A stretch of DNA of 64,000 nt from Patescibacteria group bacterium (lineage in GTDB: Bacteria > Patescibacteriota > UBA1384 > XYA2-FULL-43-10 > 1-14-0-10-43-13), in NCBI GenBank assembly GCA_041671645.1, contig JBAZBD010000001.1, positions 21,561 through 85,560 of the forward strand, in the 5' to 3' direction. The notes below the pieces were generated by a model. The model had not been told where the DNA came from, searched no databases, and saw only the letters and a list, made by a program, of their open reading frames with translations. A program made the translations under genes and the position numbers. Below, one piece after another: positions 51,552 to 61,478 of the stretch (the first letter of the stretch is position 1; each line of letters starts with the position of its first letter).

Positions 51552-52595
51552 CTAAATGTGCATCCAATTAAGTGGCGTACCCTTTTCTAGGTGTTTTTTG
51601 GCTCTTTTACCCAATATTGCATTGAGATGTTTCGGCGGTAACCCAAAGCCTGGCCTAACCGATCGTATGTTGTCAGTAGTAAATAATTCACCTCGTTCAA
51701 TATTCTCTGCTACAAAAAGTGACCGACAGAAATCTCGGCTCTTGCTTGCCTTTTCGGTCAATTCATAATTCACCTTGCCAAGAGATTCTTCTACTTCTCG
51801 AATAGAACTAACCATTTTGCGAAAATCTTCTGGTTCCATAGAGAAAGATGCATCTGGCCCACCAATTTTTTTATCCAATATGAAATGCTTCTCAATTATC
51901 TTTGCGCCAAGAGCACAGCTAGCGATCGGAATCGCTGAACCAATGGTGTGGTCAGATAAGCCAGCAATCGCTTTCAGCCTCCGACCGATGTCTGGGATCG
52001 TTGCTAAATTTATCTCCCTCAGAGGTGCAGGATATGACGAAGTGCATTTAAGTACTGCAATTTGGTTATTACCCATTCTTCGACAAGCGGCAATAGCATC
52101 CTCTATATCTGATAACTCCGCGACACCTGTCGCTAGTATCATCGGCTTGCCTTTCGACGCGGTATATTCGATCAACGGAATATCTGTAATTTCAAAAGAA
52201 GCAATTTTGTAAGCAGGCACATCCATTTTTTCTAGAAAATCGACAGCCGTATTGTCAAAGGGAGTCGAGAAACACTCCATGCCAAGATCATTGGCGATTT
52301 TCTTGAGCTTCGGCTGCCACTCCCATGGCATAGAGGCCTCTTCGTACAATTTATGAAGATTTTTACCATCCCAGATTGTGCCCTGCTTGATCTTGAAGTA
52401 ATCATTGTCGCAATTTAGTGTAATAGTATCCGCAGTGTAAGTTTGCAACTTTACGGCATCTGCACCTGAATCTCTCATCGCCCTAACAGTGTCCGCTGCT
52501 ATCTCGAATTTGTTTCCATGGTTGGCCGATAATTCGGCGACAATGAATGCCGGAGCTCCATCACCAATCGTTTTATTCCCAATCTTCAATCTCAT
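51552..52595 (-). CDS. pseI: nonulosonic acid (pseudaminic acid) synthase, NeuB family
   Basis: IGDGAPAFIVAELSANHGN...AVKLQTYTADTI, NeuB TIM-barrel plus C-terminal antifreeze-like domain. Confidence 0.85.
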   Translation of the reverse strand: MRLKIGNKTIGDGAPAFIVAELSANHGNKFEIAADTVRAMRDSGADAVKLQTYTADTITLNCDNDYFKIKQGTIWDGKNLHKLYEEASMPWEWQPKLKKIANDLGMECFSTPFDNTAVDFLEKMDVPAYKIASFEITDIPLIEYTASKGKPMILATGVAELSDIEDAIAACRRMGNNQIAVLKCTSSYPAPLREINLATIPDIGRRLKAIAGLSDHTIGSAIPIASCALGAKIIEKHFILDKKIGGPDASFSMEPEDFRKMVSSIREVEESLGKVNYELTEKASKSRDFCRSLFVAENIERGELFTTDNIRSVRPGFGLPPKHLNAILGKRAKKHLEKGTPLNWMHI

Positions 52596-53134
52596 CGGGA
52601 TCTCTTTCTTAAATCACATTTACAGCGTAAGAATTTCTCTCCGCTTATAACACTTTCTTTCTCGAAAACGAAACCGGCATATTCAGAGTTTCTGACAGCT
52701 GCTAGATTGTTTGGTTTTATGTCACCAGTAGCAAAGCTTATTTCGGGCCGATATTTTTTTAAGTAGTCCATGCCTCTGATAAGAAGAATTTTGCCAAGAC
52801 CATATCCCCTAAACCTTTTGTGAAGACTAACACCGGTCAAGGCCTCGTCCCCTTTGAGATCAAATCTTACTTGACCAGCAAAAAGGCCCTTAGTTTCAGC
52901 GATCAGAAAAATATAATTCTTATCGCAAATTTTTCTGGCGAACCACGCCTTATGGTTCTTAAAATCTAATTTTTCTTGATTTACGGAATTTTTTCTTACC
53001 AAGGGATCATTAAAAAGATAGAAGATCTTTTTGCAATCTTTCTCGGTAGCCAACCGAAGTGTTACGTTGTCTCTAATTTCGTTTTTATCCATTGCCACCT
53101 TAAATAATATAAGAATACGGCGCAAACTCCGCAT
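52592..53134 (-). CDS. GNAT N-acyltransferase (PseH-like)
   Basis: 180-aa GNAT fold (RFRGYGLGKILL). Position matches pseH. Confidence 0.6.
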   Translation of the reverse strand: MRSLRRILILFKVAMDKNEIRDNVTLRLATEKDCKKIFYLFNDPLVRKNSVNQEKLDFKNHKAWFARKICDKNYIFLIAETKGLFAGQVRFDLKGDEALTGVSLHKRFRGYGLGKILLIRGMDYLKKYRPEISFATGDIKPNNLAAVRNSEYAGFVFEKESVISGEKFLRCKCDLRKRSR

Positions 53135-53936
53135 GGTCTTTGCTAATATATCCTATAATGCCTCTTAATTCAGCGTTTGTAAATTCAATCTCATCCTCAA
53201 GATGATCTAATTTGATTGGAAAAGCTTGGATTGTTGCTCCTCGGGGAAAGGATTTGTGCTTATTTGCCATACGCAAAACCCGAGGAAAATGCGGCGAGTG
53301 AGTCACAACGCCGATTATGTCTCCGATATTGAATTCAATGTTCGGAAATTTTAAATCGGTCACCTGATCAATGGTACAAGTGATAGTTCCGTCGGGTATA
53401 CAGAGCTTCTCCTCCGGGAAATTTAGCTTGCCTATTCTGACAGCACTCCTTAAAGCTTCTATTTGTATTTTAACCCCGTTGTAGATTAGATAAGGCCCAA
53501 ATTCTCTGATAATATTTTCGACCTGTTCTTCAGTCAAACTTTTTTGGTCTTCTTCTGAGAGTCCTGAGACAGCAAGACTAATTTCCCGAATAATTTTTAT
53601 GGCGTGGTCAATTCTTTTTTTATCGGAATTGTGCGCCCAAGTTTTATCCTTATAGATAGCATCGCCTGTCAAATCAGTGATCGACTCCTGATAAGTCCCA
53701 GCCCCAGAGATCGCCCAAATCGCTTTGTATGTTTTTGGTTTTTCGTGGTCAAACTGTATCGGTTTTGAAGCTGCTTGATCCAAACTCTCAATTTCAAGAA
53801 CAACTGTTTTTATGAGATGATCGAGCCGATCCTCGTGACCACGCCAATACTCTCCATGCTCTTCAGTCGCATAGTCGAGGAGGGCCGGACTATCAATCCC
53901 TTTAGTTAATTTTGATATAGTTTTTTTCTCATTCAT
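53100..53936 (-). CDS. hypothetical protein within the nonulosonic-acid operon
   Basis: ORF with GGAG RBS 10 nt upstream of ATG (MNEKKTIS...). No recognisable family. Confidence 0.45.
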   Translation of the reverse strand: MNEKKTISKLTKGIDSPALLDYATEEHGEYWRGHEDRLDHLIKTVVLEIESLDQAASKPIQFDHEKPKTYKAIWAISGAGTYQESITDLTGDAIYKDKTWAHNSDKKRIDHAIKIIREISLAVSGLSEEDQKSLTEEQVENIIREFGPYLIYNGVKIQIEALRSAVRIGKLNFPEEKLCIPDGTITCTIDQVTDLKFPNIEFNIGDIIGVVTHSPHFPRVLRMANKHKSFPRGATIQAFPIKLDHLEDEIEFTNAELRGIIGYISKDHAEFAPYSYII

Positions 53937-53977
53937 ATGATCGACTCCGCAATCTTTCCATACAAGAGGCATCGACG

Positions 53978-54712
53978 CTATAGCCAACCGCCGTTGATAC
54001 CGATACATTCTCCGGTAATATAGCTGCTGTCGTCAGAAGCCAAAAAAATGGCTAGTTTCGCAATTTCTTGCGGTTTGGCTAATCTGCCAAGAGCAATTTT
54101 TGGCAAAACTTTTGTTTTCATTATTTCATCTGGGACTCCGGCCACCATATCAGTTTCTGTAAAACCGGGGCAAATGGCGTTGACTGTGATACCGTATCGT
54201 GCCGTTTCCTTGGCCAGAGACTTGGTCAGGCCGATCAAGCCGGCCTTGGCGGCGCTATAGTTTGTTTGGCCGAAGTTACCGATCTGAGCTATAATGGAGG
54301 AAATATTGATGATTCGCCCTCCGCCATTTTCAACCATTTTAGGTAAAAATTGTTTGATGATGAAAAAGGGGCCGTAAAGATCAGTTTTAATCACGGCGTC
54401 CCAATCCTCGAGAGACAACTTCAATAGCGTTCTATCTCTAGCAATACCAGCATTATTTACCACAACATCCACCTGGCCAAATTGATCCAGAATTTTCGCG
54501 CAAGCTTTTTCTACTTCTTCGTAGTTAGCTACATCAAAGTAGAATATGGAGCTCTTGGGAGAAATTTCTTTGACCTCAGCGACGGTCTGCTTGGAAGCGT
54601 CGTTTTCTTTGGTTCCCGTCATCGCTATTGTATAACCATTTTTCGCGAACTCCAGGGCCATACTTTTGCCAATTCCTCTGGTCGATCCAGTGATAACAGC
54701 AATCTTATTCAT
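53978..54712 (-). CDS. short-chain dehydrogenase, FabG/PhaB-like (acetoacetyl-CoA / 3-oxoacyl reductase family)
   Basis: TGSTRGIGK ... NNAG ... YSAAKAG catalytic tetrad region. Confidence 0.8.
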   Translation of the reverse strand: MNKIAVITGSTRGIGKSMALEFAKNGYTIAMTGTKENDASKQTVAEVKEISPKSSIFYFDVANYEEVEKACAKILDQFGQVDVVVNNAGIARDRTLLKLSLEDWDAVIKTDLYGPFFIIKQFLPKMVENGGGRIINISSIIAQIGNFGQTNYSAAKAGLIGLTKSLAKETARYGITVNAICPGFTETDMVAGVPDEIMKTKVLPKIALGRLAKPQEIAKLAIFLASDDSSYITGECIGINGGWL

Positions 54713-55889
54713 AGTTTTCTATCAGCATCGCAATGCCCTGACCACCACCAATACAAAGCGAGGCTACCCCATATTTTAATTTTCTTCTTTTGAGTTCATG
54801 GATGAGACTGACCAAGATACGAGCGCCACTTGCGCCAATTGGGTGGCCGAGGGCGATAGCTCCACCGTTTACATTAACAATTTTTTCATCTATACCAAGT
54901 AGTTTCAAGGCAGCAACACTTTGGCTGGCAAAAGCCTCGTTTAGTTCCCAAAGATCGATATCTTCAATCTTGAAATTTGCCTTCTTGAGGCAAGCAACTA
55001 CTGCATAATAAACACCCATACCCATGATCTTGGGATCCAGACCAACAGAAGCATAACTCATAATCCTAGCCATGGGCTTGATTTTCTCATTTTGAACAAA
55101 TTTTTCAGAGGCAACGAAGATAACCGCAGCTCTATCATTTAAGGATGAGGAGTTGCCTGCTGTCACGGTGCCGTCTTTGTCGAATATGGGCTTCAACTTA
55201 GCAAGCGCCTCAAACGTTGTGTCGGCACGGGGTTGCTCGTCAATTTTGAACTCCGCCATTTCTTTCTTCTGCTTCACCAGAACAGGAACAATCTCATCTG
55301 ACAGACGGTTCTCCATCATGGCCGCAAGGGCTTTCTCATGACTTCTGAACGCAAATCGATCCTGGTCTTCCCTAGAAACTTTGTATTTCTTGGCAACATT
55401 TTCAGCTGTTACCCCCATATGTTCGCCGATCAAGGAACAAAATAATCCATCAGTAATCATACTATCTTTGATCGTCTGATCTCCAAGTTTTACTCCGAAC
55501 CGATGATCATCAATTAAATATGGGCTACGGCTCATGTTTTCCATCCCACCAGCGACAATCAAGTCTGCTTCTCTGAGCTCGATCGCCTGGCTGGCCAAGG
55601 TAATGCTTTTTAACCCTGATCCACAAACCTTGTTTACTGTGTAGGCCGGAACTGATTCAGGAATTCCTGCCTTGACGCTAGCAATTCTGGCCGGATTCTG
55701 CCCCAATCCAGCAGACAAAACATTGCCAAGAATAACTTCTCCGACTTTCTTTTCAATCCCTGGATTCTCGGCAATCAAATTTTTGATAACAGCCGCAGCA
55801 AGCTCTGGTGCTGAGCTACCCTGAAGACTACCACCGAATTTTCCAACGGCTGTTCTTTTGGCTGAGACGATATACACATTTTCTTTCAT
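54705..55889 (-). CDS. acetyl-CoA C-acetyltransferase (thiolase II)
   Basis: Thiolase signatures NKVCGSGLK (active-site Cys) and C-terminal CIGGGQGIA. Confidence 0.85.
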   Translation of the reverse strand: MKENVYIVSAKRTAVGKFGGSLQGSSAPELAAAVIKNLIAENPGIEKKVGEVILGNVLSAGLGQNPARIASVKAGIPESVPAYTVNKVCGSGLKSITLASQAIELREADLIVAGGMENMSRSPYLIDDHRFGVKLGDQTIKDSMITDGLFCSLIGEHMGVTAENVAKKYKVSREDQDRFAFRSHEKALAAMMENRLSDEIVPVLVKQKKEMAEFKIDEQPRADTTFEALAKLKPIFDKDGTVTAGNSSSLNDRAAVIFVASEKFVQNEKIKPMARIMSYASVGLDPKIMGMGVYYAVVACLKKANFKIEDIDLWELNEAFASQSVAALKLLGIDEKIVNVNGGAIALGHPIGASGARILVSLIHELKRRKLKYGVASLCIGGGQGIAMLIENYE

Positions 55890-55910
55890 AACATATTCCT
55901 CGGCTCCTAG

Positions 55911-57062
55911 TCAGCTGACCAGTATTTTTATTTTTTGGATAACAAAGTTTACTTCAACATCGGTCATTTTTGGATACAATGGTAAGCTCAAACACTGCTC
56001 GTAATACGCTTCTGCAACAGGATAATCCCCAACCTTATACCCGTATGTGTCTTGATAATAAGGCTGCAAGTGAGCAGGAATATAATGAACCTGCGAGCCA
56101 ACATTGTTTTTCCTTAATTCTTCCATCACCTCTTTGCGCGTCTTACCAATTTTAGCAAAATCAATTTTTAATACGTAAAGATGAAATGCAGAGCCGACGC
56201 CTGGCTTTTCATAAGGGGTAACGACATTTGGAAGTTTAGCGAACGCTTTATTGTATTTATCAACGATTTCCCGACGGCGTGCAGCAAATTTGTCAAGTTT
56301 CCTAAGCTGACTCAAACCAAGCGCAGCTTGTATGTCAGTAATACGATAATTGAAGCCAAGATCTTGCATTTCATAGTACCAAGGACCGGGATTTTGGCTT
56401 AATATTGCTGGATCTTTGGTGATACCATGAGATCGAAGCAGGAGCAACTGTTTGTATATTTTTTCATCATTTGTAGTGATAGCCCCGCCCTCTCCAGTAG
56501 TAATCGTCTTAACCGGATGGAACGAGAAGGTCGTCAGATCGGAATATTTGTTTGACCCAACCTTACTGCCATCAGCAAACGAAGATCCGATAGAGTGAGC
56601 GGCGTCCTCAATTACATAAATGCCTTTACTCTTCGCAAAATCGTATATTTCCTCCAAGTCGGCGACCTGGCCAGCAAAATCGACGGCCACAATTACCTTG
56701 GTTTTGTCGGTCACTCTCTTCTTGATTTCCACTAGGTCAATATTGCAGGTGTCCTCCCTGATATCCGCGAAAGCAGGGGTTAGCCCGCAATAAGCAAGGC
56801 AGTTGGCTGAAGCAACAAATGTATTGGGTGTGGTGATCCCCTCACCGTTCCCTAAATTTAATGCTAAAACGGCCAAATGGAGGGCGGCCGTGCCGTTGGA
56901 GACGGCGACACAATGTTTTGCGCCAGTATATTTGCAAATTGCCTGCTCAAACTCCTCTATTTTTGGACCTTGTGTCAAGAAGTCGCTTTTGAGCGTTTGG
57001 ACAACTTCAGCGATATCGTCGTCATCAAGCCACTGCTTGCCATATGCAATAAAACTATTCAT
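55911..57062 (-). CDS. pseC: UDP-4-amino-4,6-dideoxy-N-acetyl-beta-L-altrosamine transaminase (DegT family)
   Basis: YGKQWLDDDDI N-terminus, PLP motif. Immediately downstream of pseB with overlap. Confidence 0.8.
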   Translation of the reverse strand: MNSFIAYGKQWLDDDDIAEVVQTLKSDFLTQGPKIEEFEQAICKYTGAKHCVAVSNGTAALHLAVLALNLGNGEGITTPNTFVASANCLAYCGLTPAFADIREDTCNIDLVEIKKRVTDKTKVIVAVDFAGQVADLEEIYDFAKSKGIYVIEDAAHSIGSSFADGSKVGSNKYSDLTTFSFHPVKTITTGEGGAITTNDEKIYKQLLLLRSHGITKDPAILSQNPGPWYYEMQDLGFNYRITDIQAALGLSQLRKLDKFAARRREIVDKYNKAFAKLPNVVTPYEKPGVGSAFHLYVLKIDFAKIGKTRKEVMEELRKNNVGSQVHYIPAHLQPYYQDTYGYKVGDYPVAEAYYEQCLSLPLYPKMTDVEVNFVIQKIKILVS

Positions 57063-57063
57063 T

Positions 57064-58062
57064 TTAATACACAATCTCTATTGATTTCAAAAATTCTGTA
57101 ATGCCTTTTTGATCCAACCACTCATCGTTTAAATCTGAGGAATAGCGGAATCCCTCCATCACTTTCTTGCTCCCTGGTTTGCAATGAATTTTTGGGTTCC
57201 ACCAATCAAAATCTGGATAGATAATGTAGTGATCGCCGTAGTCATGGGTTAATCTGGAGTCTTCCTCAGTGATCATGACTTCATGAAGTTTCTCCCCTTC
57301 CCTGATGCCAATTTCTTTAAGCTTGACCTCTTTGTGCATCGCTTTGGCCAAATCAGTAATTTTGACAGACGGGATCTTGGACACATAAATCTCGCCGCCT
57401 TTGGCTTCTTTGATCGCCTTAAATACAAGATCGACGCCTTGATTGAGAGTTATTAAAAATCGGGTCATACGGAAATCAGTGATCGGAATTATTCTTTGGC
57501 CAGAATCTAACAACTGTTTGAAGAAAGGTATGACTGAGCCGCGGCTACCGGCAACGTTGCCATATCGGACTACAGAAAAAACTGGGCCCTTGCCCCCAGA
57601 GTAAGCGTTGGCGGAAACAAACAATCTATCAGAGACTAACTTGGTGGCCCCATAAAGGTTGACTGGATTGACAGCTTTATCGGTAGAAAGAGCAACTACT
57701 TTCTCGACCCCGCAGTCCAAAGCCGCATCGATTACATTCTCTGCGCCGTGAATATTGGTTTTGATGGCCTCCATCGGGTTGTATTCGGCTATCGGCACAT
57801 GCTTCATAGCGGCCGCATGGATCACAATATCTACTCCATTGAGGGCCCTCTTCAGACGATCTTTGTCACGGACATCTCCGATAAAGTAACGCAGCTGACT
57901 GTCATATTCGGCGAACTGTCGGCGCATCATGTATTGCTTATACTCGTCACGAGAATAAATGATGATCTTTTTTGGTTTATATTCAGACAAAATCCGCTTA
58001 GTAAATTGCTTACCAAATGAGCCGGTCCCACCCGTGATTAGAATTGTTTTATTATTTAGCAT
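57064..58062 (-). CDS. pseB: UDP-N-acetylglucosamine 4,6-dehydratase (inverting)
   Basis: ILITGGTGSFGK, IIYSRDEYKQ, GDVRD, YGATK motifs and overall high similarity to the FlaA1/PseB family. Confidence 0.85.
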   Translation of the reverse strand: MLNNKTILITGGTGSFGKQFTKRILSEYKPKKIIIYSRDEYKQYMMRRQFAEYDSQLRYFIGDVRDKDRLKRALNGVDIVIHAAAMKHVPIAEYNPMEAIKTNIHGAENVIDAALDCGVEKVVALSTDKAVNPVNLYGATKLVSDRLFVSANAYSGGKGPVFSVVRYGNVAGSRGSVIPFFKQLLDSGQRIIPITDFRMTRFLITLNQGVDLVFKAIKEAKGGEIYVSKIPSVKITDLAKAMHKEVKLKEIGIREGEKLHEVMITEEDSRLTHDYGDHYIIYPDFDWWNPKIHCKPGSKKVMEGFRYSSDLNDEWLDQKGITEFLKSIEIVY

Positions 58063-58110
58063 ATCCGTACCTCTTAATAATCAAGTAGAAAAATTTGTAA
58101 TTGTCTCGAC

Positions 58111-59403
58111 TCACTCGCTCATTACTTTCTTTATATAGAAACGCTGAATCGCTATCGTGATACAATAGTTTGCTATCAGAGTCCCAATCACTAAAGACAC
58201 GGAGAAGAAGCTAAACCTCACAGCCACTATATAGAGGCAAATCGCTAAGAAATTTACTCCATATGTAGTTAACAGACATTTCCTATAATATTGTTCCGAA
58301 AAATCAAGAATGATTGTAGCATATATCGATTGGAACAGAAAGACAACTGAGAGCACGGAGAAGCCAATAACATAAAATAAACTGACCGGGTATTGCCGCC
58401 CAAATATTGATAACATTATTAGAGTCAAGCAAGATGCAAGAACAAACAGCGGCAGGAACCCAATACAAAAGATTTTATCAATTTTTTTAATAAATGCTTT
58501 GTCTTTTACCCGAACTGTAGCAGGGAAAAATACGTTGTTAAACAATTGCCCAGCTTGTGCGATCAAGGTAAAAGAAGAAAAATAATAGGCACTGTATATG
58601 CCAAACGCTGTGAATCCAAGATATTTCGCAATTATTATTTTGTCAGCGGATAAGAAAATCGTGCCAAGCAGCGCGCTTATGAGAAACCATTTCCCCTCCC
58701 TCAAAACAGCCAATGAATCAGTAAAGTTACTTTTGCCAAAATATCTTTTAAGATAGGATAGATAATAAATCGATATTGCTATAGCCCCAGCGACTAGAAC
58801 TGAAACGAATCCCGCAAATGTGTGATCTTTTAGGACAAAAAACACCGCGATAAATAGAACGGCAACGATAATCACCTCGAATATCTTAGCCTTAGCCTGA
58901 ACTTTGAACTCCTCCAGCCCTCTAATGGACGAATCAAATAAAGTTTTAGCTGAGAAAACAATTGTGTAGCATATGAGCATCAGAAAAAAGGATTTTCCTC
59001 CAGACATTATCCGGCTCACAAAAGGATAAACTATTGGCGAGAGGACCACCAACCCGACTAGCACCAGAAAAACAATGTTGCTTATTGATGAGATAACCCG
59101 TTTTCTAGCTTTAACGGAAGGGTCTCTCGCGATGCTTCTGATAAGTACTGTATCCAGACCCAAAAAAATGAAAATAATTAAATACTGATTTGCAACCAGC
59201 ATGAGATTGTATTTTCCATACTCGATCGGTCCCATGAAGCGCCCAGCCAGGGTGGTAATCAGCATGAGAATTGGTAAGGCTCCGATGCCAGACAAAAAGG
59301 ACCACGATAGGCGAGTTAAGAATGACCGCATCTCATCCCCCATCTCATGACCGAAGACCTTGAGGTGGACTTTTTCGACAAATTGTACTAATCTTTTTTT
59401 CAT
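58111..59403 (-). CDS. Wzx-like polysaccharide flippase (second copy)
   Basis: 430 aa, about 12 TMS, MOP-family organisation. Confidence 0.5.
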   Translation of the reverse strand: MKKRLVQFVEKVHLKVFGHEMGDEMRSFLTRLSWSFLSGIGALPILMLITTLAGRFMGPIEYGKYNLMLVANQYLIIFIFLGLDTVLIRSIARDPSVKARKRVISSISNIVFLVLVGLVVLSPIVYPFVSRIMSGGKSFFLMLICYTIVFSAKTLFDSSIRGLEEFKVQAKAKIFEVIIVAVLFIAVFFVLKDHTFAGFVSVLVAGAIAISIYYLSYLKRYFGKSNFTDSLAVLREGKWFLISALLGTIFLSADKIIIAKYLGFTAFGIYSAYYFSSFTLIAQAGQLFNNVFFPATVRVKDKAFIKKIDKIFCIGFLPLFVLASCLTLIMLSIFGRQYPVSLFYVIGFSVLSVVFLFQSIYATIILDFSEQYYRKCLLTTYGVNFLAICLYIVAVRFSFFSVSLVIGTLIANYCITIAIQRFYIKKVMSE

Positions 59404-59447
59404 AATTCTTGTCCGATCATATCAGGAATGATTGCTCTTATAAACCC

Positions 59448-59476
59448 TTGATGATAATATTTGAGTCAGATAAATA
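59448..59476 (+). promoter_or_regulatory. sigma70-like promoter (TTGATG-17-TAAATA) upstream of rfbA
   Basis: Hexamers with 17-bp spacer, followed by AAAGGAG RBS and the ATG at 59489. Confidence 0.35.
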
Positions 59477-59488
59477 AAAGGAGTCCAT

Positions 59489-60379
59489 ATGAAAGGTATA
59501 ATTTTAGCAGGTGGGAGTGGGACGAGACTTTATCCGTTGACCATGGCGATGAGCAAGCAGATGTTGCCGATCTATGACAAGCCGATGATCTTCTACCCAC
59601 TATCAATCCTGATGTTGGCTGGGATCAAGGATGTTTTGATAATTTCAACACCGCACGATCTGCCAAATTTCAAGAAATTGTTGGGGGACGGATCGGATTA
59701 CGGAATCAAATTGAGCTACGAAGAGCAGCCTTCTCCCGACGGCCTGGCTCAGGCTTTCATCATCGGTGAGAAGTTTATTGGTAGCGACGACGTCGCGATG
59801 GTCCTGGGAGACAATATTTTCTTTGGCAACGGGCTGACCGAGATGTTGAGAGACGCCGCCAGCAACAAAAGCGGAGCGACTGTCTTTGGCTATTATGTCA
59901 ATGACCCGGAGCGATTCGGCGTTGTCGAGTTCGACGAGAACAATAGAGCGATCTCGCTGGTCGAGAAACCAACCGAGCCCAAGTCCAACTACGCCGTGAC
60001 CGGCCTCTATTTCTATGACAACCGCGTCGTCGAATTCGCCAAGAATTTGAAACCGAGTGATCGAGGCGAGTTGGAAATCACCGATTTGAACAAGGTATAT
60101 TTGGAAAAGGGTGATCTCAACGTCAAATTGCTCGGCCGAGGATTTGCCTGGCTCGACACTGGAACGGTGGATTCGATGTCGCAAGCCAGCGAATTTATCC
60201 GCATTGTTGAAGAGCGCCAGAATATCAAAGTTGCCGCACTCGAAGAAATTGCCTTCAACCAGGGTTGGATTTCGAAGGATCAATTGCTCGTATCAGCAAA
60301 TAGGTATGGTAAGTCTCCATATGGCCAATATTTAAAGAAGGTGGCTGAGGGCAAAATTAAAATCCTGGAGTCGCTATGA
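59489..60379 (+). CDS. rfbA: glucose-1-phosphate thymidylyltransferase
   Basis: [18 protein letters not shown]. Confidence 0.9.
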   Translation: MKGIILAGGSGTRLYPLTMAMSKQMLPIYDKPMIFYPLSILMLAGIKDVLIISTPHDLPNFKKLLGDGSDYGIKLSYEEQPSPDGLAQAFIIGEKFIGSDDVAMVLGDNIFFGNGLTEMLRDAASNKSGATVFGYYVNDPERFGVVEFDENNRAISLVEKPTEPKSNYAVTGLYFYDNRVVEFAKNLKPSDRGELEITDLNKVYLEKGDLNVKLLGRGFAWLDTGTVDSMSQASEFIRIVEERQNIKVAALEEIAFNQGWISKDQLLVSANRYGKSPYGQYLKKVAEGKIKILESL

Positions 60380-60939
60380 ACGTGACCGAAACAGATATTC
60401 CCGGAGTCCTAATCCTCGAGCCCAAGGCTTTTGGTGACGATCGTGGCTGGTTTATGGAGACTTACAGTAAATCTAAGTTTGAGGAGGCCGGGATCAAGGG
60501 TGAATTTGTTCAGGACAACCATAGTTTTAGTGCACAAAAAGGCACTCTTCGCGGAATTCATTTCCAGAAGAATCCGATGGCACAAGCCAAAATAGTCCGC
60601 TGTACCAGAGGAGCCGTCCTAGACGTTGCGGTTGATCTGAGGAAAGACTCGCCCACATTCAAGCAATGGGTTTCTGTCGAGCTCACGGCCGAAAACAAGA
60701 AAATGTTTTACATTCCCAGAGGCTTTGGCCATGGTTTCCTCACACTCGAAGAGAATACAGAATTTCAGTACAAGGTAGATAATTACTATTCGCCAGAAAA
60801 TGATAGGAGCATCCGTTTCGACGACCCAGAAATCTCTATCGACTGGCAAGTGGCAGAGCCGATCGTGTCAGAAAAGGATCGACAAGCTCCTCTGCTCAAA
60901 GATAGCGACGTTGATTTTGCATATCAGGAAAATCAATAA
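60376..60939 (+). CDS. rfbC: dTDP-4-dehydrorhamnose 3,5-epimerase
   Basis: Cupin motifs (RGIHFQK..., PRGFGHGF). Confidence 0.85.
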   Translation: MNVTETDIPGVLILEPKAFGDDRGWFMETYSKSKFEEAGIKGEFVQDNHSFSAQKGTLRGIHFQKNPMAQAKIVRCTRGAVLDVAVDLRKDSPTFKQWVSVELTAENKKMFYIPRGFGHGFLTLEENTEFQYKVDNYYSPENDRSIRFDDPEISIDWQVAEPIVSEKDRQAPLLKDSDVDFAYQENQ

Positions 60940-61478
60940 TGGCTGGCTGGAAAAAAGTTGATAGCAAAACCGCCTTTGAGTGTCCTTATTACTCGATTTC
61001 TGAGGATAATGTGATCCGTCCAGACGGCGCACCAGGCAAATACTTCCATGTCGTGACCAAAGGCTCGGTTTCTATCATCGCAGAAGACACGGACGAGAAG
61101 ATTTATATGGTCAGCCAGCATCGCTACACGGCAGACAATGAATTGTCCACTGAAGTAGTAGCTGGCGGTATCGAGAAAAATGAAGATCCTTTGTCAGCAG
61201 CCAAGCGAGAGCTTGTGGAGGAAGCTGGAATCGCTGCTAAAGAGTGGATATATTTGGGGAACTTTCGGCCATTCAATGGTATTTCCTCCGAGATTGATTA
61301 CGTCTACTTGGCCCGAGATTTGACCCAAGGGCTTAGTAATCCTGATTCGACTGAAGATATTACGCTATCGAAAAAAAGTCTGGCCGAGGTAAAAGAATTG
61401 ATATTGAAAAATGAGATCACTGATGGCCAAGCCATCGCCGCATTGATGAAATATATTATATATAAGGAGAATGTATGA
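60939..61478 (+). CDS. NUDIX hydrolase
   Basis: Nudix box GGIEKNEDPLSAAKRELVEEAGI. Embedded between rfbC and rfbB with overlapping stop and start codons. Confidence 0.7.
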   Translation: MAGWKKVDSKTAFECPYYSISEDNVIRPDGAPGKYFHVVTKGSVSIIAEDTDEKIYMVSQHRYTADNELSTEVVAGGIEKNEDPLSAAKRELVEEAGIAAKEWIYLGNFRPFNGISSEIDYVYLARDLTQGLSNPDSTEDITLSKKSLAEVKELILKNEITDGQAIAALMKYIIYKENV

